In this document: piece after piece, positions 1-8,899 of the stretch
Layout: each line of letters starts with the position of its first letter
Position numbering within the stretch: position 1 is the first letter of the stretch
Assembly (NCBI GenBank): GCA_029838195.1
Contig: JALGVJ010000020.1
Span: 1-64,000, forward strand
DNA: 64,000 bases
Origin: Promethearchaeota archaeon
GTDB taxonomy: Archaea > Asgardarchaeota > Lokiarchaeia > Sigyniarchaeales > SOKP01
Reading direction: 5' to 3'
Translations under genes and position numbers: made by a program
Notes under the pieces: generated by a model
Database searches by the model: none
What the model was told of the DNA's origin: nothing
The model's input: the letters and a program-made list of their open reading frames with translations, nothing else

Positions 1-191
1 AATTTTTAACCCCATTTTTAAATAAGATAAATTAGATAATGAAGGGATATGAAAAAAAAGAAGTTTTTAAAAGCTTGGAGGGATTAATCCTTCTCGTGCT
101 GATCTAGATATCCCTTTTTTTTCCAGAATAAAACTTTTTTTAACTTCTCATCTTTTTATCTTTAAAATAGAAAAAAAAATTTATTCCCAAA

Positions 192-419
192 ATGTCTCAA
201 TCTTCTTGGAAAGATCAAATAAAAAAACAATGGGGCCCACATAAGCACTGTCCTATTTGTGGGAAGGCCATGGCTCCAAGTAAAACGTTCTGTAGTCAAA
301 CATGCAAGGACAACTATTTGAATAAAGAAAAAAAACAAAAACGAATGGGGAGAATTCAATTAATTTTCCTCTTTAGTATGATGATCGTTATGTTTTTCCT
401 GTTATTCGTTTTTAGTTGA
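192..419 (+). CDS. DUF2116-family Zn-ribbon protein with C-terminal TM helix
   Basis: PHKHCPICG...FCSQTC motif followed by a basic patch and hydrophobic tail. Confidence 0.8.
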   Translation: MSQSSWKDQIKKQWGPHKHCPICGKAMAPSKTFCSQTCKDNYLNKEKKQKRMGRIQLIFLFSMMIVMFFLLFVFS

Positions 420-664
420 ATTTTTTTAATTTTAAACTCTTTTTTACGCCCCATTAACCATCTTTCTCTTTCTCTTAAAAATTTTAATTCTCTTACGAGA
501 ATTATTAAATAGCAAGCTCTTTTTTAAGTCCTTAAAATTGTTAATAATCTCATCAGCTTAATCTGAAAAAAAATTTTTTTTAGTTTGAAAATAAATCTAA
601 ACTTCAGCCAGAAAATATAAATATTCCGTTGTTTAATGATTTCTCTTAATTTTTAAAAAAAAAG

Positions 665-851
665 TGCAGGGAGTGGGATTTTCAAGGGATGCCGAATAGA
701 CTTATCTCTTTTGAACCCACGTACTCCTACGAGACCGGATGTCTCATCGTGGATTGCTCCAATCAACGGCTTGTTATTTGATTTGATCTTGAGTCCGGTT
801 TATTTTTTAATTAAATGTCCGGCACCGTTGACCAGGCTTGGTTATCCCTGC
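665..851 (-). tRNA. tRNA-Leu(CAA) with three BHB introns (32/33: 793-816; 37/38: 741-787; 59/60: 679-709)
   Basis: Removing the 24-, 47- and 31-nt segments gives GCAGGGATAACCAAGCCTGGTCAACGGTGCCGGACTCAAGATCCGGTCTCGTAGGAGTACGTGGGTTCAAATCCCACTCCCTGCA, a class II cloverleaf with anticodon CAA. Confidence 0.92.
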
Positions 852-1060
852 ATGGTTGAAACCGTGTTTGCTTGTTTAATATGGAAGTTTTCTGCATATT
901 CTCTTATTTTTATACACGTTCCAATAGAGTGGAATTAAGTTCAAGCAACCACGTGATTAAATAAAATGTTTTTTTTTTTAAAACTTTTTCGTAGCATTAA
1001 GGGTGGAGAGGGGTTAGATTTTAAAGAGATGGGCATGATACCACGTTCATGAAGGTTGAT

Positions 1061-1429
1061 TTACTTATCGGGATCATTTTCAATAGTTTTTAACATGTCA
1101 TTTAGAGCGTTCACGAGAGGTTTTACTATTTTTTCATCTTTTAATTTAGTTTTTAAGAATAAGAGGAGCAATGTAGGGGCTTTTAAAAAGGAAGAGCATT
1201 GTTCGCTAATAACTTTTCCCAATAGATCTCGACCCATTCCAAATAAGCCATAATTGGCGCTGGATGGCGGGAGCCCTTGGATGGTAGAAGGAAGGCTCAT
1301 ATAGACGCTTCCGATACCCATATCTCTTTCATTTGAAATTAATAGAAGATAGCTCTCGTGTAATTTAAAGAGCTTGAAATAATAAGGCTCCGTAAAAATT
1401 TCTCGTTTTTCATCGATTAATAATCTCAT
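1061..1429 (-). CDS. Putative proteasome assembly chaperone 3/4-like protein
   Basis: 122 aa; GIGSVYMSLP...SS..LFG...LLGKVISEQCS..LKAPTLLLL resembles the PAC3/PAC4 pattern (by eye). Confidence 0.5.
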   Translation of the reverse strand: MRLLIDEKREIFTEPYYFKLFKLHESYLLLISNERDMGIGSVYMSLPSTIQGLPPSSANYGLFGMGRDLLGKVISEQCSSFLKAPTLLLLFLKTKLKDEKIVKPLVNALNDMLKTIENDPDK

Positions 1430-1475
1430 TTTAAAATAAAAGGAGTAAGATTTTTTAATGAAATAAATAGATGAG

Positions 1476-2294
1476 TTAAAGTAATGCGGTTAATCCCGAT
1501 TCTTTAATGGCTTCTTCCGTATCATAATTTTTATGGACAATCAAGTACAAAGCTCTCACGAATTTAGTTGGATCTTTTGATTGAAACACGTTTCTCCCAT
1601 AGGCAACCCCCGCTCCTCCAACTTCAATGGATTGTCTCGTGATTTCCAGCACGTCCCTAATTCCCGCTTTTTCTCCTCCTGCGATGATAACGGGCGCCAT
1701 GCAACCTTTAACGACCTCCTTGAAGGAATCGGGATCTCCCGTCCAATTTGTTTTCACGATATCAGCTCCTAATTCTGCAGCCACACGAGCTGCAATCTTA
1801 ACCACCTCCACATCGTGCTCATCTTCAATGTTTTCTCCTCTTGGATACATCATAGCGATCAAGGGCATTCCAAATTCCCTGCATTCTCTTGAAACGCGTC
1901 CTAAGATTTCCAGCATTTCCGGGTCTGATTTCGTGCCAATATTAATGTGAAGAGATACGCCATCAGCGCCTAACTTAACAGCTTCTAATACCGTGTTGAT
2001 AAGAACTTTATAATTTGAGAGAGGGCTTAATGAGGTGGAACCAGAAAGATGGAGGATTAATCCGATATCCGGGCCATATCCTCTATGAGCATAGAGCGGG
2101 ATTCCAATGTGTCCTAAGACGGCATTAGCTCCGCCAAGAGCTATTTTATTTACCATTTCGCCCAAATTATTTTCAATCCCTTTTATTGGACCAACCGTCA
2201 ATCCATGATCCATCGGTACAATGATGGTTTTTTTAGTCTCGCGATTTACTATGCGTTCTAGGCGAATTTTTTTCCCTATATATCCACTTGTCAT
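1476..2294 (-). CDS. 2-amino-3,7-dideoxy-D-threo-hept-6-ulosonate synthase (class I DhnA-type aldolase)
   Basis: IVPMDHG, LILHLSGST, AMMYPRG, GADIVKT (Schiff-base Lys), GRNVFQ. Confidence 0.85.
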   Translation of the reverse strand: MTSGYIGKKIRLERIVNRETKKTIIVPMDHGLTVGPIKGIENNLGEMVNKIALGGANAVLGHIGIPLYAHRGYGPDIGLILHLSGSTSLSPLSNYKVLINTVLEAVKLGADGVSLHINIGTKSDPEMLEILGRVSRECREFGMPLIAMMYPRGENIEDEHDVEVVKIAARVAAELGADIVKTNWTGDPDSFKEVVKGCMAPVIIAGGEKAGIRDVLEITRQSIEVGGAGVAYGRNVFQSKDPTKFVRALYLIVHKNYDTEEAIKESGLTALL

Positions 2295-2394
2295 GATGCC
2301 AAAATATTAAAAATTATATATATTTTAGATCTATGCTTTATGCAAATTAAAATATCTCCTAAGAATTATATTTTATGATATTTTCCTTAGTGAA

Positions 2395-2631
2395 TTGAGT
2401 TTAATGGCGCTAAAAAAAGGAAAGAGGAGAAGAAAAGAGGAGGAGAGAAATTTCTTTTATTGTTACAATTGCGACCTTCAAATCATTGATTCAACTCAGC
2501 AAACATGCCCCAATTGCCAAGTTCTATTGAATCCTAATGATGCAATGAAGTGGAGAAGAAGTTTTTATTGTTTCCTCTGTACCTTGTGTGTGATACCGAT
2601 TCTCATTGCTGTCCTAATAACTTTTTTTTAA
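2395..2631 (+). CDS. Small Zn-finger membrane protein
   Basis: CYNC...CPNC plus a C-terminal hydrophobic helix. Confidence 0.6.
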   Translation: MSLMALKKGKRRRKEEERNFFYCYNCDLQIIDSTQQTCPNCQVLLNPNDAMKWRRSFYCFLCTLCVIPILIAVLITFF

Positions 2632-2677
2632 TGTCAAAAAAAGAGCTTCTTAATTATTTATTATCTTTAGGCCTAAT

Positions 2678-3760
2678 TTAAATGGGAAATAGCCCCGTAA
2701 AGGTTAAACCCGTATCTTCCGGGAAACCGCAAGCAAGGTTCATGCATTGAATGGCATTCCCCGCCGCGCCCTTTACTAAATTGTCTAAGGCACACAATAC
2801 AACAATTCGATTCATATGATCATCTAATTGAAACCCAACATCCGCATAATTGGTACCTATGATGGTTTTAGGATCGGGTAAGCGGAAAATTCCCGTTTTT
2901 TGGGTGATCAAGCGGAGAAAAGGTTCATTTTTAAATGCCGTCCGGTAAACTTTGAATATTTGTTTTTCCTCAATGGGGTTTTTCTCATCAAAAAAGACAT
3001 GAGACGTGGAAAGTATCCCTCTCACTAAATTTACACCATGAGCAGAAAATCCCACTTTAACGATTTGGTTTGAAGCCGAGCTTTCCTTTTTGACGGCCAT
3101 TAATTCTTGTTCGATTTCTGCCGTATGCCGGTGTCCCGTCATGGCATAGGGGCGAATGCTATTTGCACGAATTGGATGGTGAGTAGCCTCATTGAAAGTG
3201 GCGCCTGAACCAGAGGATCCTGTTTTGGAATCTATAATTATCGGATCCATCTTAATGAGATGTTCCCGAACCAAAGGATAAAGCGCATAAATAGCACTTG
3301 CAGCATGGCATCCCGCTACTGCGATCAAATTCGCCTTTTTTATTTCCTTTCGATGCAATTCAGGCAAACCATATACCGCTTCTTGTAAGAGGTAAGGACA
3401 TGCATGTTCTTTCTTATAATATTTTTTATATTGTTCCTTATCTTTAAGTCTAAAATCAGCACTCAAATCAATCACCTTTACTCCCACATCTAATAACTCC
3501 GGTACAAAATCTTGAGACACGCCATGGGGGACACCTAAAAAAACCAAGTCACACCTTTCTTTAATGGTCTTAACGGAAAACTCCTCAAATTTAATATCTA
3601 AAACATTCCTAAAATTAGGATATATTTGATGAAAATACTTCCCTATTAATTTTCGCGAGGTAATGTAATTCAAATTCACTTTCTCGTGTTGACTTAAAAT
3701 TCTGACGAGCTCGCCTCCTGCATACCCAGAGGCTGCGATTATTCCTACATTTTTTTCCAT
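2678..3760 (-). CDS. argC: N-acetyl-gamma-glutamyl-phosphate reductase (ArgC/LysY)
   Basis: AASGYAGGEL, DLSADFRL, YGLPEL, GHRHTAEIEQEL, DNLVKGAAG. Confidence 0.93.
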   Translation of the reverse strand: MEKNVGIIAASGYAGGELVRILSQHEKVNLNYITSRKLIGKYFHQIYPNFRNVLDIKFEEFSVKTIKERCDLVFLGVPHGVSQDFVPELLDVGVKVIDLSADFRLKDKEQYKKYYKKEHACPYLLQEAVYGLPELHRKEIKKANLIAVAGCHAASAIYALYPLVREHLIKMDPIIIDSKTGSSGSGATFNEATHHPIRANSIRPYAMTGHRHTAEIEQELMAVKKESSASNQIVKVGFSAHGVNLVRGILSTSHVFFDEKNPIEEKQIFKVYRTAFKNEPFLRLITQKTGIFRLPDPKTIIGTNYADVGFQLDDHMNRIVVLCALDNLVKGAAGNAIQCMNLACGFPEDTGLTFTGLFPI

Positions 3761-3930
3761 TAATATATCTCCTATTAAACTCCAAAAAAGAATCCATTCA
3801 ATTGAGGGTTACTTGTAAATAAATTTCTCAAGAATAAAAAATTAATTAGAATTAGAAATAAAATCGTTCAAAAATTCTTTATTTTTATCAATGAAAGGAG
3901 TAAAATAAAAAAGCACCTTCTATACTCCAT

Positions 3931-4545
3931 TCACACACCAAAAATTTCTCTTAACTCATTATATATTTTTGCTAACTCTGAAATGATCTGTGGGTCAAAA
4001 TTTTGAAGATAATACCGAATATATCCTGCTAATCCATCCTCTATCTTTATCCATTCTAAAAAAGATTCAATCTCCGCTCGCAACACAGGATCAACGCTAG
4101 GGCTAGAAGGACTCATGGCAGCGGTTCCTCCCTCCCCTGTCGTTCCTAATTGTACGCTATCATCCAAGTAAGGAGTTTTCGAACTTAAAGAAGCAAGGCA
4201 ACGTGCAGTCTCCGGATAGGCAGTACGCATGTCACCATCAGGTTGAACATAGGCGATGACCTTTCTTTCATCATCCTTAGCAGCCACGATGTGACCCATT
4301 CCCCTAATAGAAGTGGCTGTTAACCGTTCATCCGTCATTTGAAGAATAGAATACTTGACATTATTGATCATGATGAATTGGGCGTTTTGACCCGTCCAAC
4401 TTGAAATAACGCGATCGATGTCTTGGGAGATATCCCAATTATCAGTAGAATAAACGATATTGGATTTCCCTTCAATAACCGCTACAGCGATGATGGATGG
4501 TTCTGTTGCCATTAAATTTCGTACGGCAGTTTCATAATCGACCAT
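3931..4545 (-). CDS. Asgard profilin-like protein with C-terminal extension
   Basis: N-terminal ~125 aa (IIAVAVIEG..IVYSTDNWDIS, VKYSILQMTDERLTATSIRGMGHIVAAKD) matches Loki-type profilins. Confidence 0.75.
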   Translation of the reverse strand: MVDYETAVRNLMATEPSIIAVAVIEGKSNIVYSTDNWDISQDIDRVISSWTGQNAQFIMINNVKYSILQMTDERLTATSIRGMGHIVAAKDDERKVIAYVQPDGDMRTAYPETARCLASLSSKTPYLDDSVQLGTTGEGGTAAMSPSSPSVDPVLRAEIESFLEWIKIEDGLAGYIRYYLQNFDPQIISELAKIYNELREIFGV

Positions 4546-4628
4546 AGAACTGATCTCCTTTTAGCAAATGGGTTATAAAATTAATAGAGAAAGTTTTATT
4601 ATTATAAATATAATTATAATAAGAATAT

Positions 4629-5108
4629 TTAAAATTTTTCGATACGATCTTTCTGAGAATTTTTTTTCTTAATATTAATTCTACCAAATTTTACCTTATA
4701 TGAGAACGGTTTTTCTTTTTTGAATTCGTGAGGTTCGAGAATGGTTAATTCATTTTTAAAGAAAGCCCCATGAAACTCATCTTGATGTTCTAATTCATGA
4801 AGATGATTAAGAAGATCATGAAGATGTTTAAAATATTTTCCACAGATGGGGCAATTGAAGATTTCTTCTTCGAACAAGCGCAGGCGTTTAGGTCTTTTAA
4901 CGATGACTTTATATTTTGTATTACTCGGCTTTTGGGGTGCGAATCTACAATGATGTTTGATTAATTTTCCATAGGGAGGATATTCAAAGAACACCTTGCT
5001 ACCATGCGTGCATTCCCAATATAGAACATCTGCTCCGCACTGTCGGCAAGATGTTTTAAAAGAGCGGAGATAACAATGTTTTCCATGTGTTTTAGAATAA
5101 TGTCGCAT
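4629..5108 (-). CDS. Hypothetical multi-Zn-finger protein (C2H2-like)
   Basis: CRQC...CTH...HHC and CPIC-x12-H..H. Confidence 0.65.
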   Translation of the reverse strand: MRHYSKTHGKHCYLRSFKTSCRQCGADVLYWECTHGSKVFFEYPPYGKLIKHHCRFAPQKPSNTKYKVIVKRPKRLRLFEEEIFNCPICGKYFKHLHDLLNHLHELEHQDEFHGAFFKNELTILEPHEFKKEKPFSYKVKFGRINIKKKNSQKDRIEKF

Positions 5109-5277
5109 TATAGAAAAGTAAGAAAGGAACGTATTAATAATTTTTGATCTCTTATGGTATAAGAAAAAATTTTATTCATATTTTAATAATGGACAAATCT
5201 TCATGACGAAAACATTTAAAAGCGTGAAAATAATTATTGAAATTAAGAAACCATATTTTTGAAGGGTTGATGTTTGG

Positions 5278-6189
5278 ATGTTTGATGAAGACTCAAATTC
5301 ATGTCCCGAATGCGGTAATATCAGTCTAATCTTGGAGGAGAATCGGGGTGAATTGGTTTGTAATGGATGCGGATTAGTTATCAAGCAAAGACTCATTGAT
5401 AATGGTCCCGAATGGCGAGCATTCTCTCCAGAAGAAACGAATTCAAGAACACGAGTAGGTGCTCCAACCACCTTGACCTTACATGATAAAGGACTCAGTA
5501 CCATGATTGGATGGAAAAATAACGATTTAAAAAAGCTAACTCCTCAGATGAAAGCACAAATCTTTCGCCTTCGAAAGTGGAATATTCGAACTAAAATAAA
5601 TAAATCGTTGGAAAGAAACCTTTCTCAAGCATTAAACGAATTGGATCGATTATCTTCTCAATTAGACTTACCTAAAGATATTAAAGAATCGGCAGCTCAC
5701 ATTTATAGAAAAATGGCTAATAAAAATTTAATTCGAGGACGTTCCATAGAAGCCATGCTGGTTGCGTCCATCTACCTCTCTTGCAGAATTAATAAAGTTC
5801 CAAAAACATTGGATGATCTTTCCTCGTTTGCTTCTGTTGACAAAAAGAAAATTGCCCGATGCTATAGATTAATTTTAACGGAATTAAAAATCAATTTACA
5901 CGTGTCCTCTCCAATTAAATTTATTCCCCGCTTTTGTGCGGAATTAAAATTATCCGGTAAAACGCAAAATAGAGCTGCCAACATCTTGAATTTAGCAAAA
6001 AAGCACCAATTAATGACGGGAAAAGCTCCGATGGGTCTTGCGGGAGCAGCACTTTACGTAGCAGCCATTCAAGAAGGAGAAAGGAGAACGCAAAAGGAGA
6101 TTTCATTGGCCGCCGGAGTAACAGAGGCTACTATTCGAAATCGGTATAAAGAATTAGTCAGTCATTTAGGATTTGAAATTAACACGTAA
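5278..6189 (+). CDS. tfb: Transcription initiation factor IIB
   Basis: CPEC...CNGC Zn ribbon, GPEWRAF, LHDKGLST, two cyclin repeats, TEATIRNRYKEL. Confidence 0.97.
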   Translation: MFDEDSNSCPECGNISLILEENRGELVCNGCGLVIKQRLIDNGPEWRAFSPEETNSRTRVGAPTTLTLHDKGLSTMIGWKNNDLKKLTPQMKAQIFRLRKWNIRTKINKSLERNLSQALNELDRLSSQLDLPKDIKESAAHIYRKMANKNLIRGRSIEAMLVASIYLSCRINKVPKTLDDLSSFASVDKKKIARCYRLILTELKINLHVSSPIKFIPRFCAELKLSGKTQNRAANILNLAKKHQLMTGKAPMGLAGAALYVAAIQEGERRTQKEISLAAGVTEATIRNRYKELVSHLGFEINT

Positions 6190-6205
6190 AAATAAGAAAT
6201 TATCA

Positions 6206-6355
6206 TTATCGAACTTTAATTCTCTTTATAATATCGGGTCGTTTCTTGTATAGAATTCGAAAACCACAATGGCTACACTTGATACCTGGAAGAGCATTAA
6301 GTTCTTTCTTTGTAACTTCTTTTCCACAGCTTTTTCTCGCGCAAACGTAATTCAT
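6206..6355 (-). CDS. rpoP: RNA polymerase subunit P (Rpo12); missed by the ORF track
   Basis: Manual translation MNYVCARKSCGKEVTKKELNALPGIKCSHCGFRILYKKRPDIIKRIKVR (49 aa). Confidence 0.9.
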   Translation of the reverse strand: MNYVCARKSCGKEVTKKELNALPGIKCSHCGFRILYKKRPDIIKRIKVR

Positions 6356-6529
6356 ATTATATGAAACGTCACATAATTTAAAAATTTTACCTTTCGGAAG
6401 GGTGCTTCTTTCTAATAAGATTTTTCTCGCTTATCAGAGTTCCAATTCCTTCATGAAATAGAAATAGCTCTCTCATGACCAATAAAAAGTTTGATTTTTC
6501 ATGAATTTTAAAAGAAAAAAAGAAAAGAA

Positions 6530-7345
6530 TTAAATATATAAAGATTTGCGTTTTTCTTCAGCAGTATCTATGAATTGAAAGGATTCAAGATCTTTTTCTA
6601 ATTTATTTTTCTTACTTTCTAAATTTTTAGACATCTCATCAATATTTTCCATGGAATAATGTTTAATGGGAAGATTAAAAGATTGTTGAAGGATTTCCAA
6701 TAAAGCCATGGAAGCTTTTAAATCCGTAATATCTTCATTAATCATGGCAATATTATCCGTTTCCGCTAATAGAACCAAGCCATCAATGTTAAATCGTGCT
6801 TTTGCTAAAGTAGGAATGAGCCCGTTCGCCCCGATGATCACTCCTTTTTGTAATTTTTCAAATTTATTTTTTTTTAGATATGATTCCAACAATTCTTTAC
6901 TGGTGCTGGTGATATAAATTTTAGGTAAGCGGGTATTGAGTGCTTGTTTGTTGACGGGATATGCCCCTAATGCCACGACTAATTTTACACCAAACTGATG
7001 AAGACATTTGGCAAGGAAATTGGAAATCTTATAAATACCTTTTGGCGTTAGAGATTGAGCATCTGACGTGATCAAGATGAGATCACGTTTTTTCTCATTA
7101 TCTTTCCATAACAATATTTCTGCTTTAGGAGCCGATAAGATACTATCATCGACAATCGCTCCGGCAGGATATTCATCAAAAATGATATCTATGTAATTCT
7201 TAGCTTCCAATTGTCCTATTAGAGAATCTATTGCAAACTTACCTACATCTGCTATGCCCGGGCACCCTAAAAAAGCAATTGGATAAACTAAGTCGTGTTG
7301 GGAACAATCTAAGTGTTTTATAATTTGTATTCCAGAATCATCCAT
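6530..7345 (-). CDS. PAC2-family proteasome assembly chaperone (PbaA/B-like)
   Basis: GCPGIADVGKFA, DAQ, VVALGAY, GVIIGANGLI, LLAET; C-terminal HbYX (LYI). Confidence 0.85.
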   Translation of the reverse strand: MDDSGIQIIKHLDCSQHDLVYPIAFLGCPGIADVGKFAIDSLIGQLEAKNYIDIIFDEYPAGAIVDDSILSAPKAEILLWKDNEKKRDLILITSDAQSLTPKGIYKISNFLAKCLHQFGVKLVVALGAYPVNKQALNTRLPKIYITSTSKELLESYLKKNKFEKLQKGVIIGANGLIPTLAKARFNIDGLVLLAETDNIAMINEDITDLKASMALLEILQQSFNLPIKHYSMENIDEMSKNLESKKNKLEKDLESFQFIDTAEEKRKSLYI

Positions 7346-7625
7346 GAACTAAACCAAAATTTTTAATTACTTATTAATGAAGATTAAAACATTTTTTTAG
7401 TTCTTATATTCGTGTATTATCCAAATAGAGTGAAGGTTTACTGGTTTATACATATCGTATTATTATTAAGATAATATAAAAAAAAACTCTGGTTTTAGAT
7501 CAAAATGATTAGAATTTATTTGGATCGAGAGTTCTATTTACTTGTATCCTAATTAAAAAACTTTTCTTGCCTTCTATTCAGTTCGAACTTAAGGAGAATT
7601 AAGAAGAAAGCACAAGAGAACCATC

Positions 7626-8276
7626 ATGTTAAAAAATAATCTAGATTTTTTAGCGCTCTTATCCGGAGGATTTGATAGCCCTATTGCTTCCTATCTCATG
7701 ATAAGAAATGGATTTACCCCTAATTTCATCACGTTCCTTATTTCGGAAAGTAAACTAAATGAATTTAAGGAAAAAATTCTTGTTATCGTAAATACGTTGA
7801 TGAAATATTCAAAACATGCCGGACGAGTTTTTTTCATCAAGCATGCGGAGCACTTGAGGGAAGTCCAGAAAAAATGCGATAGAAAGCTAACTTGCATTTT
7901 ATGCAAGCGATTAATGCTCAGGAAAGCCATAAAATTAGCTCAAAAACGGAGCCTGGGAAATATCATTGTCACGGGAGACATTTTGGGAGAACAAGCAAGC
8001 CAAACACTGGATAATCTCTATAGTTATAATGATTTAATCCAGAATTTCATTCTATTAAGACCTTTAATTTCTTGGGATAAGTTAGATGTCATGACGTTAA
8101 GTCAAAAAATAGGCATTTATGAATATTGTGCTCAAAAAATCGGTTCTTGCGGTTTTAACCCCAAATATCCTGAAACTCATGCGAAACGGCACGATATAAA
8201 TAATGCAGAAAAAAACTTGAATATACAAGATATCATTCATGACGCCTTGGATTCGATGGAAATAATAAAACTTTAG
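7626..8276 (+). CDS. thiI: ThiI-like tRNA sulfurtransferase, PP-loop domain only
   Basis: LLSGGFDSPIA, CILCKRLM, VTGDILGEQASQTLDNL, LRPL; no THUMP domain. Confidence 0.75.
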   Translation: MLKNNLDFLALLSGGFDSPIASYLMIRNGFTPNFITFLISESKLNEFKEKILVIVNTLMKYSKHAGRVFFIKHAEHLREVQKKCDRKLTCILCKRLMLRKAIKLAQKRSLGNIIVTGDILGEQASQTLDNLYSYNDLIQNFILLRPLISWDKLDVMTLSQKIGIYEYCAQKIGSCGFNPKYPETHAKRHDINNAEKNLNIQDIIHDALDSMEIIKL

Positions 8277-8692
8277 TCTAATATTAATTTGATATCTTCT
8301 AAAATTTTCGTGAAATCCTCATCCTCAAGCTCGCATGTATCGAATTTGTGTAAAGTTGAGGAAATTTTCTGAGCTAATAAATGTTTACAATAGACTTCTC
8401 CTTCATGATGGAGGACTCTATTAAAAAAATCATAACAACTACAATACAGGTCCGGATAAATCAAATAGAGATGCTTTTTACCCATGGCTATCCAGATTAC
8501 TCTATTAGAGGGTTTGAATATATATTTTGTAATTCCTCGCTGGATGATTTCCATTATCCTCTCTGAAGTAATGGAAAAATGTTCTTCCAAGAAATCTAAA
8601 AAATCGGAATCTAGTTTTTGCTTTTCTTTTAAATCTCCAAATTTTTTTTCTAATAAATCCACATTTTTCGATGATTGGCCATCATGTTCCAT
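8273..8692 (-). CDS. SWIM Zn-finger protein
   Basis: YCSCYDF...YCKHLLA. Confidence 0.85.
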   Translation of the reverse strand: MEHDGQSSKNVDLLEKKFGDLKEKQKLDSDFLDFLEEHFSITSERIMEIIQRGITKYIFKPSNRVIWIAMGKKHLYLIYPDLYCSCYDFFNRVLHHEGEVYCKHLLAQKISSTLHKFDTCELEDEDFTKILEDIKLILD

Positions 8693-8899
8693 GGAATAAA
8701 TTTACCCCCTATAAGAAAATTATAGTATTAATAAAAGTTAAAATTAATCGTAAAAAACACGATAAAAAATTTAATTTTGTTTAATTGTATTATTTAATGA
8801 ATGAATCCTTTTTAAATCCAACCGTGAATTCGATAAACCCTTCCTTTTCCATTTTACGGAAAAGATTAGAACTTTTCATTCCTTTTTTAAACAACGACC

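Noticed and set aside
43-116. AAGGGATAT/ATATCCCTT stem with ATGA...GA, a possible SECIS or C/D RNA
   Set aside because: The upper stem does not pair well, there is no proper C box, and no associated UGA gene is visible.
711-938. 75-aa ORF
   Set aside because: It is antisense to the intron-containing tRNA-Leu(CAA).
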